In this document: piece by piece, positions 14,265 through 29,393 of the stretch
How positions within the stretch are numbered: the first letter of the stretch is position 1
How the letters are laid out: each line of letters opens with the position of its first letter
Assembly: GCF_000400465.1 (NCBI RefSeq)
Contig: NW_008806277.1
Coordinates: forward strand, 82,001 to 144,000
Source of the DNA: Wallemia ichthyophaga EXF-994
Taxonomy: Eukaryota > Fungi > Basidiomycota
Direction of reading: 5' to 3'
Length of the DNA stretch: 62,000 bases
Made by a program: the position numbers and the translations under genes
The notes under the pieces: generated by a model
The model's input: only the letters and a program-made list of their open reading frames with translations
Database searches by the model: none
Told to the model about the DNA's origin: nothing

Positions 14265-14537
14265 GGTTTTTTGTTTCTTCCTTCTATCTCGGAATTTACA
14301 GATAAATAGTGGCTCTGGACGGGCACGCTTCTTGCACCTCGCTTTTCGCTTTCTCACAACTCATCACATACATTGGAAATACCCCCTCTCACACTTTGTA
14401 ATTGTAAAACAATCTTCGCTTTTGAGACACGTTAATTCATTTCGAAAAATCAGGGATATAAACAGAGTGGCTTGTTCAGATGGCTTTGTTTAATCAAACA
14501 TATCCAAACAGCTCCATCCAGGAGCACAACTGCCACC

Positions 14538-15596
14538 TCAGAGCAAGACAGCAATAACTGCAATCACAGCGATAGACCAAGCCGATACGAGTTGGAGAGT
14601 GGCAGCAGCCGAGTCGTCGTCCTGACTCTGGCCCTTGCTTCCTTCATCGCCCTCGTTGCTTGAAGTAGGAGTTGGCTGTTGAGCGGCATTCAAGCTGCTT
14701 TGCGTGCGGCAGTTAGACGAGGAAGGAGTCATCTGGGCCGAGCTAGGCGTAGCCGTATCTCCGATAGTGTAAACAGTCTGCTGGCCCTCCTGTGTAAGAG
14801 TGCCGGTGTATCTCTGGGCGAAACTAGAGAAGCTGTTATCGCCGTCGCCCGCTACGCTGAACATACCAGGAGGGTAAGCAGCGTCAGCGTCACAAGATTG
14901 GAAGACATCCTTCTGTTCGTAGTCGCCGGGCATGATAAACCCGCAACCCATTTCGTCCAGTTTATGTTCGCACATGGTGGCCGCATCCCATGTATCGTTG
15001 CCAGCCGTGCAGACACGCAAGCAGAACTGTTCGTAAGAGATGAACTCCATCCACTCGGCATAGTTCTCATCTGTGCCCGAGACATTCGACGTAACGTTGC
15101 CGCCGATGGGGTTGCCCTCGCCAGTGGCGCCGTGAGGATCGAGCTCACCGCCGTAGTCCGCATCCTGCAGACCGATCTTGGTGAGGTCGCCCCAGCCGAC
15201 TACCTGTACGTAGAAGGGGGTCGTGATGAAGTGCACGCCAGTGAACGTGCCGTCGGGAATCAGACGTGCGTCGTTGCGCGGTTGCGTGCACCACGCTACT
15301 TGCTCCCCTTCTGTGTCACCGATCGTCTTGTTGGCTTCTTTGGGCCCGAATATGCAGAAGTCCTGCGCGTGTCAGACAAGATTTTCACGCTTCAGCCTCA
15401 CTCAACTCACATCAATCGAGTTGACGGAGAGCAGTCGCGCGTTTGAGCCCGCATCGCCAGCTTTCATGGTGGGCGAGGGCGGGTTCGTGCTGCCCATAGT
15501 GCCCGTCGCGAGAACACCGTTCTGGGAGGAGTTGACGTCCTGTGCTGAGACGGCGGTGAGGGAGAGAGCAAGGAGAGCTGCTGAGAGATAGCGCAT
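14538..15596 (-). CDS. Secreted, probably GPI-anchored cell-surface glycoprotein (Cryptococcus MP88 mannoprotein-like)
   Basis: Signal peptide MRYLSAALLALSLTAVSAQ. Intron 15363-15410. Core DFCIFGP...VAWCTQPRNDARLIPDG...GGELDPHGATGEGNPIGGNV. Ser/Thr-rich linker and hydrophobic C-terminus. Confidence 0.8.
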
Positions 15597-16133
15597 GTTT
15601 ATAATAGAGTAAGAGAGACGAGAATCAAGTCAGTCAGACTCGATTGACATGCTCAGCTGCGGATCAGCACTACCCGCAGCTTAGTGAAAAAAAGGAAGAA
15701 AACTAAACAGAGTACGCTATTGTAGCGGTGTGGGTGGTGATGAGCTGATGCACAATGTCCTCATGGCCAGGTACACGATAAGGCGGACCCAGTCGAGAAG
15801 TGTCGAGAGCTGTCAGAGTGAGTGCCTAGTAGAGAGGGAGTGAGTGGATATTTATGTCAGTGCGACATTGTGTGTGCCAGTGCGTGCCGCTCTATGTCCG
15901 AACGCGTCTGGCTAGTAATCGACACAAGGTCTATTGAAATTGAAGGGTCACAGGCTAGAAACAACTGAGGGGAGAATTGTGGAAGGCTGCTGAGAAATTA
16001 CAAGCCAACGATGCTGGTAATTTACTTGGAAATACACCGAAAAATCTGCGAATGGGCGATTTGAGGGACATTGCCATAGCAGCACCCCAAAAACGCGTAT
16101 GCGAATTGGATTTCGATTCAAAATGCAGCAACC

Positions 16134-17474
16134 ATGATATTGGTCGTGAGTAAATTGGATTTGGTTGTAATTGGCAGCGAGGGACACAGGATACTCAGGG
16201 CTAAGAGGCATCGCACCGCTGGAGAGCTGTTCGCTGCGTTGGACGAGATACTGTGTACGGCCGACGTGGATTTGTTGTCTGTGGATGGCTACCAGGGCAA
16301 TCAGCTAGACGCCACGCTGTATTTCCCGTCCACGCCACTCCAGCACCACTCGCAGCTCCACAATGCAACATACCTCCGCCAGCGCTACAACAGCCACATT
16401 CGCATACAGCCCAACCTCGACAGGACAGCAGCCCACTTTACCGCTATATCCCCACCTACTAACTCCATACTCGTCGGGCTCGGCCACCACAACCACATCA
16501 TTTTCCAGATACCAAGACATACTACAGCGCGTCTGCCAAAATACACACACGTGCTCCCGCACCCTCTCAACCCCTCCCTCGCCCTGGCATACATTCAGAT
16601 ACGCGACCAGGGTCTCGCACGCTCCTCAATACGCGACGCATACAGCAACGGCAACTGGTCCACCTTCAACAGCCTCGTCAATATAGTCAACATTGGTGGA
16701 TCCGTCGGGCTGGATAACAAGCTGTTCAGTTTCTACTACCCCACGCCTCAAGCGACGCTATCGGGGAGGCTGCAGGGATACTATCGCTATGAGTTGGGCA
16801 CACCGACCAACGAATTTGCAGACCTCCGCGCTAACTCGCGCTGCATCGTCGAATCTCAATTCCTCACTATCAAGCGCTATATCGAGGCATTCGAGCGGAG
16901 CGGTGTGATTGGCCAGGGATGTGCGGTGTATTTGACGGGAGAGCCCACCCAGTCAGGCTCGCTGTGCTCAGCGATAGCCAACATACTCGCCAAGAAGATA
17001 TACCTCCCGCATTCGACCATGTGCGAAAAGAGCACGCAGCACACACTCACCCCGTTGCTTGGCATGGGGCTATATAGCTGGTATAATGTCTTTCAACCAT
17101 CCACAGCCCTCGAGGAGACAGTGAGGTTTAGGAGGAAATCGTATAACCACTCCATCCCCTCACCTACCTCCACTCCCCCACTTACACCCCTCCTCACGCC
17201 TCAGATTGGATATCTCAGCAACCGAAGAGAGAGCGAAAAGAGTAATCTGACGCCGGTCGCCGAGCAGTTTGAACTGCCTACTATCACACCCACCACTATA
17301 TCATTCGAACAGAGGTACCAATTCAGCAGCCTCACTCAGCTCGAATTTGACAACGATCCTTATATCAAACCAGACAGCGATCTTGGATTGATCTATGCTG
17401 CACTTTTATGCGAGCATGAGCGGCTGGAGGCCATCTCTGTGGGAAGCTATGCGAGGAATAGCTGGAATGTGTAG
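16134..17474 (+). CDS. FGGY/xylulokinase-like (actin-like ATPase fold) protein, divergent; start uncertain
   Basis: Segments resembling Xks1: ELFAALDEIL, RCIVESQFLTIK, VYLTGEPTQSGSLCSAIANIL. 446-codon intronless ORF. Confidence 0.6.
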   Translation: MILVVSKLDLVVIGSEGHRILRAKRHRTAGELFAALDEILCTADVDLLSVDGYQGNQLDATLYFPSTPLQHHSQLHNATYLRQRYNSHIRIQPNLDRTAAHFTAISPPTNSILVGLGHHNHIIFQIPRHTTARLPKYTHVLPHPLNPSLALAYIQIRDQGLARSSIRDAYSNGNWSTFNSLVNIVNIGGSVGLDNKLFSFYYPTPQATLSGRLQGYYRYELGTPTNEFADLRANSRCIVESQFLTIKRYIEAFERSGVIGQGCAVYLTGEPTQSGSLCSAIANILAKKIYLPHSTMCEKSTQHTLTPLLGMGLYSWYNVFQPSTALEETVRFRRKSYNHSIPSPTSTPPLTPLLTPQIGYLSNRRESEKSNLTPVAEQFELPTITPTTISFEQRYQFSSLTQLEFDNDPYIKPDSDLGLIYAALLCEHERLEAISVGSYARNSWNV

Positions 17475-17583
17475 TAGGGGCTTCTGGGTGTCTTGGCATG
17501 TCTCACTTTGTTAATAGCTACAATATTATTTTATTCGTCATTAACTTGATCATGCATTCATTAAACATTTGCAGGCATAGCCC

Positions 17584-18046
17584 TCATTGTGTAGTCACCA
17601 CGGAATCCTTCTCAACAAACTCCACAGGCGACTCGCCCTCAAGTGTGCTAACCAGGTTTTGTGGAATGTGGCCAGTGAATGTCTTCATAATCCCATTGCT
17701 GGTGTAAGGGTGTGTCACTTTGCCGCCTAGAGTATATTAAAAATGACGTCATCAGACATGCACTACACACCAGTAGACTCAACCTGGCTGGCGTACTTGT
17801 GGATCTCGTCGTCGGTGGCTGTCTCCTTGAACATGACGATGTATCTGTCGTGTGATTCTGGGTTGTGTGAGTGAGTATGTGGCGTGGCGTATGCGGCCAG
17901 CACCCACCTGCGTTCATTCTGCTTATCTGCTCAGTCGATGGGATTACGATGTTGCGTGTCTGTGTGCTGTGTGTGTATGTGTACAATCCTCCCAGCGTCA
18001 AAGTAATTGTTACGAAAGCAACAGCTATTTTAGTCGAGAGGCGCAT
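17584..18046 (-). CDS. Peptidase inhibitor I9 (Pbi2/POIA1-like) with N-terminal hydrophobic leader
   Basis: Splicing 17858-17907 and 17727-17770 gives ...MNAESHDRYIVMFKETATDDEIHKYASQVESTGGKVTHPYTSNGIMKTFTGHIPQNLVSTLEGESPVEFVEKDSVVTTQ*, which has the I9 hallmarks YIVxF and VxxVExD. Confidence 0.82.
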
Positions 18047-18149
18047 GACTGCTATTGATAACGAAAGGTACGCGTGAAATGAAATTACTTATTTCGAATG
18101 TATAGTGTATCGTGTATCGTGTATCGGGAATAATACACAGTAAACACTC

Positions 18150-19979
<1,830 letters not shown>

Positions 19980-20033
19980 TTATCATTATAGCCATACAAA
20001 TCTATGTATAAAGCGCTAAAGCTACTTGTACAT

Positions 20034-22362
20034 CTACTGCCGAATCTTATCCATCCATTTCATAAATATGTTCTTTTTGCCTGCTTTAGCTGTGCCTGTC
20101 CGTGATGATGGTCTTGCTGCTGCCGTCATAGGCGAGCTGCCAATGTCGTTATCGAGTGCGTTTGCGTTTGTATTTGCATTTGCATTTGCATTCGCGTTCG
20201 TGTTTACGTTTACGTTCGGCGACGGTATCCTCTTCCCCCGTCCACTCTTCTCCCGCTCATACTTTTCCCGCTCGAGCTGCTCTCTCTCTCTACGCACACT
20301 AGCTGCATTCAGCCTCGCGCCAGCGGGCGCAGGCGGCGGCGATATTTGTCCGTTACGCGGGTTCGCGTTGGCTGTGCCGTGACTGACGCTCCTCTCTTTC
20401 ATGAACGTCTCTGACATTCCGCTGGCGAATTGGCCGCTGCTGTGTGGCGGTGTAGGCTTGGTGTCTGCTACACTCTCTGCTGCACTCAGAGACCGCCTCC
20501 TGCTTCGTTTTTCCTCTTGTTTCTGCTTCTGCTGTCTCCCGCCGTTGGGTATCTCGGGTGGTATATCGTGCTCTCCCTTACTTCCACTCGCGTTTCCACT
20601 CCCACTCATGCTTTTCAGCCTCACTTTCCCAAACCAGCTGCTGTCTTTGTCGTATGTGCTCGCAGCATGGCTGGTAGATGGCCTCGCTGTAGATTTGTCC
20701 TTCTTGGCAAAAAGCGATCCTGAGGATATGGGTCGAGATGCTGAGCCTGCGTTGGAATTGTTACTCTTGCTTTTGATGGCGCTACTGTTTCCATTGCCAC
20801 TACCACTCCCCATCCCCACACTGCTTACCCTGTCTGCCCCCAGTCCAAAAGGTATATTGAGTGACTTGCGAGAGCTTTGAGATCCAGTGCGTTTCAGATC
20901 ACCACTTTTATTCTTATCTTTGTCCTTTTCTTTGTCTTTGTCATCCTTACTCTCCTTCTTTTCCTCACTCGCAGTCATAACCTGGTTGAGCTTCGACGTG
21001 CTGTTCACTTTAGAAGCACTGGTGAGTGGGGTGAGGGTGGGTGATGGTGGTGCACTAAAAGACCCTTTCTTCTTCAAGTACGACGCCTTGTTTGACTTGT
21101 CCTTGTCCTCCTCTTCCTCCACCAGCGGCACCTGAGGCGAAGGCTTCTCCGCGAGACCAACACTCCCTCTATCAAGATGGACAGTCTCGTAGAAGAAGAC
21201 ATACCCCTCTCCCGCCGGATCGTTTCCGAAGAATTTACTCAGTTCGTGCTCGTCGACAATCGACACCTTATCGTCGTCGAACAGCACCCATCTGTCATAC
21301 GACTTGATGATAGATACGTAATGGCCGTGGTGTGGGCCGCTGTAGGTGCATTAATGATGATTTTGGTAAGCTCGAGTGCAAATATTTACACACCTGCCGA
21401 TATGGATGATGACTGCAAAGAGACTATACATCCTGTCACTGTTTTCAGCACCCTGGCATGTGCTGCTGAGATTGGCAGGCTCGAGAAGGAACGGGAACGC
21501 AACGCGGTACGACAGTTTGATGTAGCGGTTCTGCTCTTCCTGATATTTGAATCGCTTGAGGTGGAGAGCGAGGATGTTTGGGAGCTTCTTGATACGCATC
21601 CTGAATATAGTACAAGGTGTAAGAGGATGGTTTAAACACTCTAATTAAACACTCTTACCATTTTTCAGCTTCCTGCAATCCTCCACAACCATCGCAGAAG
21701 AATTTGTTCTTCTGGCAGAGCATCTCGCGCGTGCTGAAGTTGCTCAGACACTCTGTGACATTGGAGTCTTCCTCGACGTTGATGCTGAGATCGAGAAACG
21801 ACTCATCGCGGTGGGTAATGTTCTCGCAGGTCATGCATTTCGTTTCATTTGTGAGCGTTCCTTCGAAGAGAGAATGTACGAGCGTGTGGGGGGATTTGGT
21901 GAGGCGCGTAAGATCCTCAGCGACTCTATTGAGAAGATAGTTGAGGAACTCATGCGCATCCTGGTGCGTCGTCGATCTGAACAGCTCATTTTCAATTCGA
22001 AGCCTATCGACAAATGATTTGGTGTGAGATACGCCAGTACGCCTAGGCTGCCTGGATATTTCATGGAAAAGATTACGGAGCACTGTGTACATGCTCCTGT
22101 CTACATCCGACGGCAGCCCCAAAATCAATTCTCTTAACGGGCGACAGAAGTAGAGAGATTGGAGAACTGAATTGCAGTAGCACGTATTGCCCAGATTATC
22201 CATCCCGTAGAATCTCTCGAGGTTTCTGTCTGCAACCTGCTCTGCACTCAGTCGCCGCTCTGTTTTCGGGTCCTTTACCAGCGCTGCATCGAGCTCCCTG
22301 CTGCTGATCCCGCTTTGAAGATCCTTGCTGGCTATTCCAAGCCTCTTGAACAACGAGGTCAT
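20034..22362 (-). CDS. creB: Ubiquitin C-terminal hydrolase, USP12/46-CreB/Ubp9-13 type
   Basis: Cys box [18 protein letters not shown]; [10 protein letters not shown]; His box [18 protein letters not shown]. Two introns and a long basic/Ser-rich tail. Confidence 0.9.
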
Positions 22363-22419
22363 CCTGTGCGTCGTTTGCCGTGGCTGCTGTGATCTGAGAG
22401 AGATGAATTAAATAAACAA

Positions 22420-24753
22420 TTAAAATTCATCAGAATCATTTACATCGACATATTTATCTGCCAGCTCATCGTCATCGCTGCTCACGTCTATCATCAGATT
22501 CTTTCGTGGCCGCTGTGTTGGCTTTGTGTTTGAGTTTGTGTTTCTATCAAGCAGCCCAACCGCGACGCGTGGCTGATATATGTGATCTATCTTGCGTCTG
22601 AATTTCTTATAGTTCGGCATATCTCTATCACCTCGAATTTCCTTCTTTTCCTTCTTTTCCCCAGGCTCGTCACGCCTCCGCAGCGGAATGAGTTTCATCG
22701 GAATAATGCAATCGCCGAGAGCGCGCTGAAATCCACTCCCATCCAGCTGCAGATCATCATCAAAGTCATCTCCTTCCCTACCCTTCTTTCCAGCCTCTTT
22801 TCCAACCACTTTTTCAACTCCACCGGACTTGCTCCCAGGCACACTCTCAGGCACCCGCGAAGCCTGTCTCTGCGCAGCCGCTAATACCTCCTGCTCAGCT
22901 ATGCGCGCATGTTGTGCAGCTACCTTCGCATTCCGCTCTTCCAATAGCGTTTTCTTTCTCCTCATCATATGCTCATTGAGAAAATCGTGTTTTTGGGGCG
23001 CTGCCATCTGCTCCTCTACTCTCTCACGCGCCGTCTTGCGTTTCTGAATTATTTGCGGTGTCGGGGGTGGTATGTGCGATTGCAGCTGCGACAGCAATTG
23101 CGTCGGTGCGGGGGAAGACACATGTGGTGCCGTTGGCTGAGGTGCTGGGAAAGGCTCTTCATCGGAGTCGTCGATGTTTATTGTCTGCATTCGACGCGTG
23201 TTTGCTCGTCTGCGCAGGGTGCTTTGTTGTTGATGGGGCTGATAGGGTTGCTGGGGTTGCTTTGTTGGAGATGATTCCTCTGCTTTCTCTTCTGGCTGCT
23301 GCAATTGCGATGTCTCTTCGTGTTGTTTCTGTTGTTGTTGCTGTTGCGCGTTCGCACTTGTATGCACATCATCATCATCAGAATCATCAATGTTACGGGC
23401 CAATGCGCGTCTCGCGCCTGCTCGTTTACCAAGTTGTAATGTTGTATTTTTCCCTGGCTGCTGCGGTTGTCGCAATTGCACTGTTTCTGCTTTCTCCTGA
23501 GCAGGTGGTGCAGCTGACGTGCTATTTTCACCATCATCGTCTAGGTCATTAGAATGCACTCTCGCAGCACCGCTTCTCTTAATCAACTTTCTCTGTGGTG
23601 CTTTCGGTGCCTCAGCTTCCTCTATCCCATCCAGTGCTTTGCGCTTCCTGCTTTGGGAGGGCTCTTGAGAAGGTGCTCTAGAAGAAGAGGATGGTTGTGA
23701 TTCATGCCGAGGTGCATCTACTCTCTCTTCACATGGCACAGCCTCTAAACAATCCACATCAATCTCCATAATAGCTCTATTCACCGAGGAGCATTCCATA
23801 TGCTGAATACCAACTTGTTGAGCAGCTTGCGATATCGCATTCGACCATGCTACACCCTCGCCCAACAACCTGTCGCTTACATCTGTTGGGAGAATAATCT
23901 GGGTGTTTTTCGTACATGTGCGCTCAATTGCTGATGCGACATTGTCCGCTTTGATGGATGTGTTGATTGGTTTAACACTTGCACCGCAATGCGTTAGTAT
24001 GTCGATATAAGCAGATGATAGGAGATCAACAATCACGTAGAAGGTGTGTCCGCTAAATAACCTCAATCTACTCTCAGAAATGAGCCAGAAAGCATCAGAT
24101 TGAATTTTTTCATTGGAAACTGCTGATGGCAGATGATCTGAAGTGACAGTGGGGAGTATAGAATCGATATTGTCTGACAATATAGACTGGTAGACGCTTT
24201 CAAGGTAGCCTCTGTTGACGATAGGTTTGAGGGAGGTTAGAGCAGCGAGTACTTTAGTATTGAGAGATCTTTCTGGATGGACTAGGTAGTCATAGGAGGA
24301 CTTCCAATGACCCCTACCGAATTTTAAACCCTTTTCCGCGTAACAGAGTGTCTCAGAGTTGAATGAAGATTTTGAAGTGAATAGGGAGGAGACATTGAAA
24401 TGAATTGGGCGCCAAATCACAGTCATAGCGATAGCTTGATTGGCAAGGTATATAATGTCACCGTGTTCAATCTCAGTTGAACTGTTTTCGAGCATCGTCG
24501 GTGGGCTGTCTGGTTTGACTACTTTAGCTTTCTTGTTTGCGTGTATTGTGAGAGGATATTTTGCTTGTATATCATCCCTCTTTGTCACGTCAACATCACC
24601 GGCTATCACGTCACAGTGATTAGCCCTACTAATCAACTTATGGTTGAATTTGATTTCTGAGGATTTCCTTCCGATCGAAGTTGTCTTTGAGGGTTTCAAG
24701 AAAAAGAAGCTGTGAGTGTTTTCGTTGGTGTTGTAGCAGTCTAGTGTGTACAT
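22420..24753 (-). CDS. NBS1: Nibrin/Nbs1/Xrs2 (FHA-BRCT-BRCT, MRN complex)
   Basis: FHA-like SIGRKSSEIKFNHKLISR; BRCT-like TKVLAALTSLKPIVNRGYL; C-terminal Mre11-binding-type motif NYKKFRRK. Confidence 0.8.
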   Translation of the reverse strand: MYTLDCYNTNENTHSFFFLKPSKTTSIGRKSSEIKFNHKLISRANHCDVIAGDVDVTKRDDIQAKYPLTIHANKKAKVVKPDSPPTMLENSSTEIEHGDIIYLANQAIAMTVIWRPIHFNVSSLFTSKSSFNSETLCYAEKGLKFGRGHWKSSYDYLVHPERSLNTKVLAALTSLKPIVNRGYLESVYQSILSDNIDSILPTVTSDHLPSAVSNEKIQSDAFWLISESRLRLFSGHTFYVIVDLLSSAYIDILTHCGASVKPINTSIKADNVASAIERTCTKNTQIILPTDVSDRLLGEGVAWSNAISQAAQQVGIQHMECSSVNRAIMEIDVDCLEAVPCEERVDAPRHESQPSSSSRAPSQEPSQSRKRKALDGIEEAEAPKAPQRKLIKRSGAARVHSNDLDDDGENSTSAAPPAQEKAETVQLRQPQQPGKNTTLQLGKRAGARRALARNIDDSDDDDVHTSANAQQQQQQKQHEETSQLQQPEEKAEESSPTKQPQQPYQPHQQQSTLRRRANTRRMQTINIDDSDEEPFPAPQPTAPHVSSPAPTQLLSQLQSHIPPPTPQIIQKRKTARERVEEQMAAPQKHDFLNEHMMRRKKTLLEERNAKVAAQHARIAEQEVLAAAQRQASRVPESVPGSKSGGVEKVVGKEAGKKGREGDDFDDDLQLDGSGFQRALGDCIIPMKLIPLRRRDEPGEKKEKKEIRGDRDMPNYKKFRRKIDHIYQPRVAVGLLDRNTNSNTKPTQRPRKNLMIDVSSDDDELADKYVDVNDSDEF

Positions 24754-24926
24754 TGAAGTGGAGTGGTAAGGAGGATAGTGCTTTGAATTGTAATGCTTGA
24801 AAGCTAATTGAATTGCTTGAATTTACTATTTCAGTTGAATTGAATTAAAGTCAAGTAATTTAGAAGCCCCTTGTTCTTGAACGGTGGTGACGTAGTAAAA
24901 TCAATTTAGTCAAATAAGAAGCTTGA

Positions 24927-27279
<2,353 letters not shown>

Positions 27280-27360
27280 GATTTCAACGATCTATGTAAA
27301 GAAAGATATATAGGTATACAGATATGCATAATGACGATAACGATGATAATGATGACGCTC

Positions 27361-28209
27361 TCACACACCACTCTTGCCCGGCCTCGCTACCAAAGCTGCA
27401 GAAGCCTGATTGGTGGGAAAGATGAGGGAGCTGGCAGTTTGGACGTGCGGAGGACGGCTAGTGACCCAGATGATATCTTCTGCTACATCGTGTGGCGTGA
27501 GAGGGTCTAGATCCTTATAGACATTGCTAGCCTTATCAGTATCTCCGCGGAAACGCACCTCGCTGAATTCCGTCTCGACCAAACCAGGCTGAATTTCCGA
27601 GACGCGGATGGGAGTGCTGATGAGTTCTTTCATGAGAGAGTTAGTGAAAGCTCTAGCAGCGTGCTTAGTGCTGCAGTAGATGCTGCCGTTAGGATAAGGT
27701 TCGATGCCGGCGATAGAGCCGATAGTGACGACATGACCGTTGTTACGCTGTTTGAAGTGGTTGACGAGTATTTGGGTGAGTTTGATAAGACCGGTGACGT
27801 TGGTGGAGTACATCAGGGCTACGTCGTCGTCGGCGATATCTCCCACAGCTTCGATGCCCTTGACTAGACCGGCGTTGTTGATGAGAATGTCGATGTGGGG
27901 GAAAGTGGATCGCTGGAGAATAGTGGAGATGTCTTCGTTGCTGGTCATATCTAAAGAAATTGCTTGGTGTGCGCCGTGGGGATTGAGTTGGCGTGCTTGA
28001 GCGACGATATCTTGCAGCCTGTCTAATCTACGAGCAGCGAGGAGGACATTTGCACCGCATTGGGCGTATAATAGGGCAGTGGACTTGCCGATGCCGCTGG
28101 AGGCACCAGTGACGAGGACATTCTTCCCTTCTGCGGGGGAAGTTAGTGGGGAATCAGTGAGAATAAGTATAAACATACGTAATCTATGAGTTGATAGAAT
28201 TTGGGACAT
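27361..28209 (-). CDS. NADP-dependent short-chain dehydrogenase (YMR226C/YdfG-like 3-hydroxy acid dehydrogenase)
   Basis: VLVTGASSGIG, ARR, DILINNAG, YCSTK (YxxxK), IQPGLVETEFS. 48-nt intron 28131-28178. Confidence 0.9.
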   Translation of the reverse strand: MSQILSTHRLRMFILILTDSPLTSPAEGKNVLVTGASSGIGKSTALLYAQCGANVLLAARRLDRLQDIVAQARQLNPHGAHQAISLDMTSNEDISTILQRSTFPHIDILINNAGLVKGIEAVGDIADDDVALMYSTNVTGLIKLTQILVNHFKQRNNGHVVTIGSIAGIEPYPNGSIYCSTKHAARAFTNSLMKELISTPIRVSEIQPGLVETEFSEVRFRGDTDKASNVYKDLDPLTPHDVAEDIIWVTSRPPHVQTASSLIFPTNQASAALVARPGKSGV

Positions 28210-28273
28210 TTTAATTGACTATAGATGATGGACGTTCGGGTTCAAGAGGGTTTCTCTGTTCGCTACAGCCATT

Positions 28274-29317
28274 ATGTAAATTGGGTTTAATTGAAATGGC
28301 AGCAACTGATTGAATCAATCACAGGACACATGTACTCCCAGCTAATCTGTTAAAGGTGATTAGATAATCTTGTGTACGCTGGTTACTCACTCACAGTTGC
28401 AGCTATTTGCACCACGGCCACCACTCTCTTATGCTAAACCACTGGAGCGTGATCCAACGCGTGGAAAGAGGAATACGATTACAGGGATTGCCGGTTTGAT
28501 GGATTCGATTAGGTACGAGAATGAGAAAGTTACAGACGATCAGGATGAGAAGGCACAGCAGAATGGAATCAATGACAACGATAGGAAATCCCAACTTCAG
28601 GCTGAAAAAGCTACAAAGAGAAAGGACACCTTCAACAGCGCACTCAGTCAGTACAACCCACAATCAGACAGTGAAGCTATCGGTGATCCCTTCAAAACGC
28701 TCTTCATTGCACGCTTAACCGCTGAAACCAATGAATCCGATTTACGTAAGGAATTTGAAGTCTATGGCCCTGTGGAAAGAGTTCGTATTGTTCGTCATAA
28801 AGACACGGGAAACAGCCGCCGTTATGCCTTCATTATATTCGAAAAGGAACGCGATATGAAAGCAGCGTATAAGGATGCTGAGGGTTTGAAAATCAATGGC
28901 AATAGAATCCTCGTTGACGTCGAACGCGGTCGTACCGTAAAGAATTGGAAACCTAGGCGTTTAGGCGGTGGTTTGGGTGGTAAACCTAAAGTGGTTATCC
29001 CCGACTTACCTCCGCCACGAGGACCTCGAGGCCCTCCTGGTGGTTCTAGAGGTGGTTTTGGTCCTCCAGGTCCACGAAGAAGCGATGGCGGTGGTAGATT
29101 TGGTCCTCCAGGTGGTGGTCCTGGTCGCTTTAGCCGCGACCGCGACCGTGATCGTGATGGTCCTAGATTCGGTGGTGATCGCCCAATGCGTCACTGGGGT
29201 GGCCCTCCACGCGATAGAGATAGAGGTGATAGAGACGGCCCCAGAAGATCTTTTGGCGGTTTCAAGAGGGAATTTGACGGTGGAGACGATCGGGATGCCA
29301 AGCGTTATAGATATTAG
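28274..29317 (+). CDS. SNP1: U1 snRNP 70K protein
   Basis: Spliced N-terminus MTHVLPANLLKLFAPRPP (introns 28276-28324 and 28356-28402). RRM GDPFKTLFIARL..YAFIIFE; RILVDVERGRTVKNWKPRRLGGGLGG; RD/RG-rich tail. Confidence 0.95.
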
Positions 29318-29393
29318 CTGGCTGGGTCATAATATGTGGTACTTTTGTACAAACGAATTTAATTATTGATTCACTAGTCTCTTCTTAACCGTG

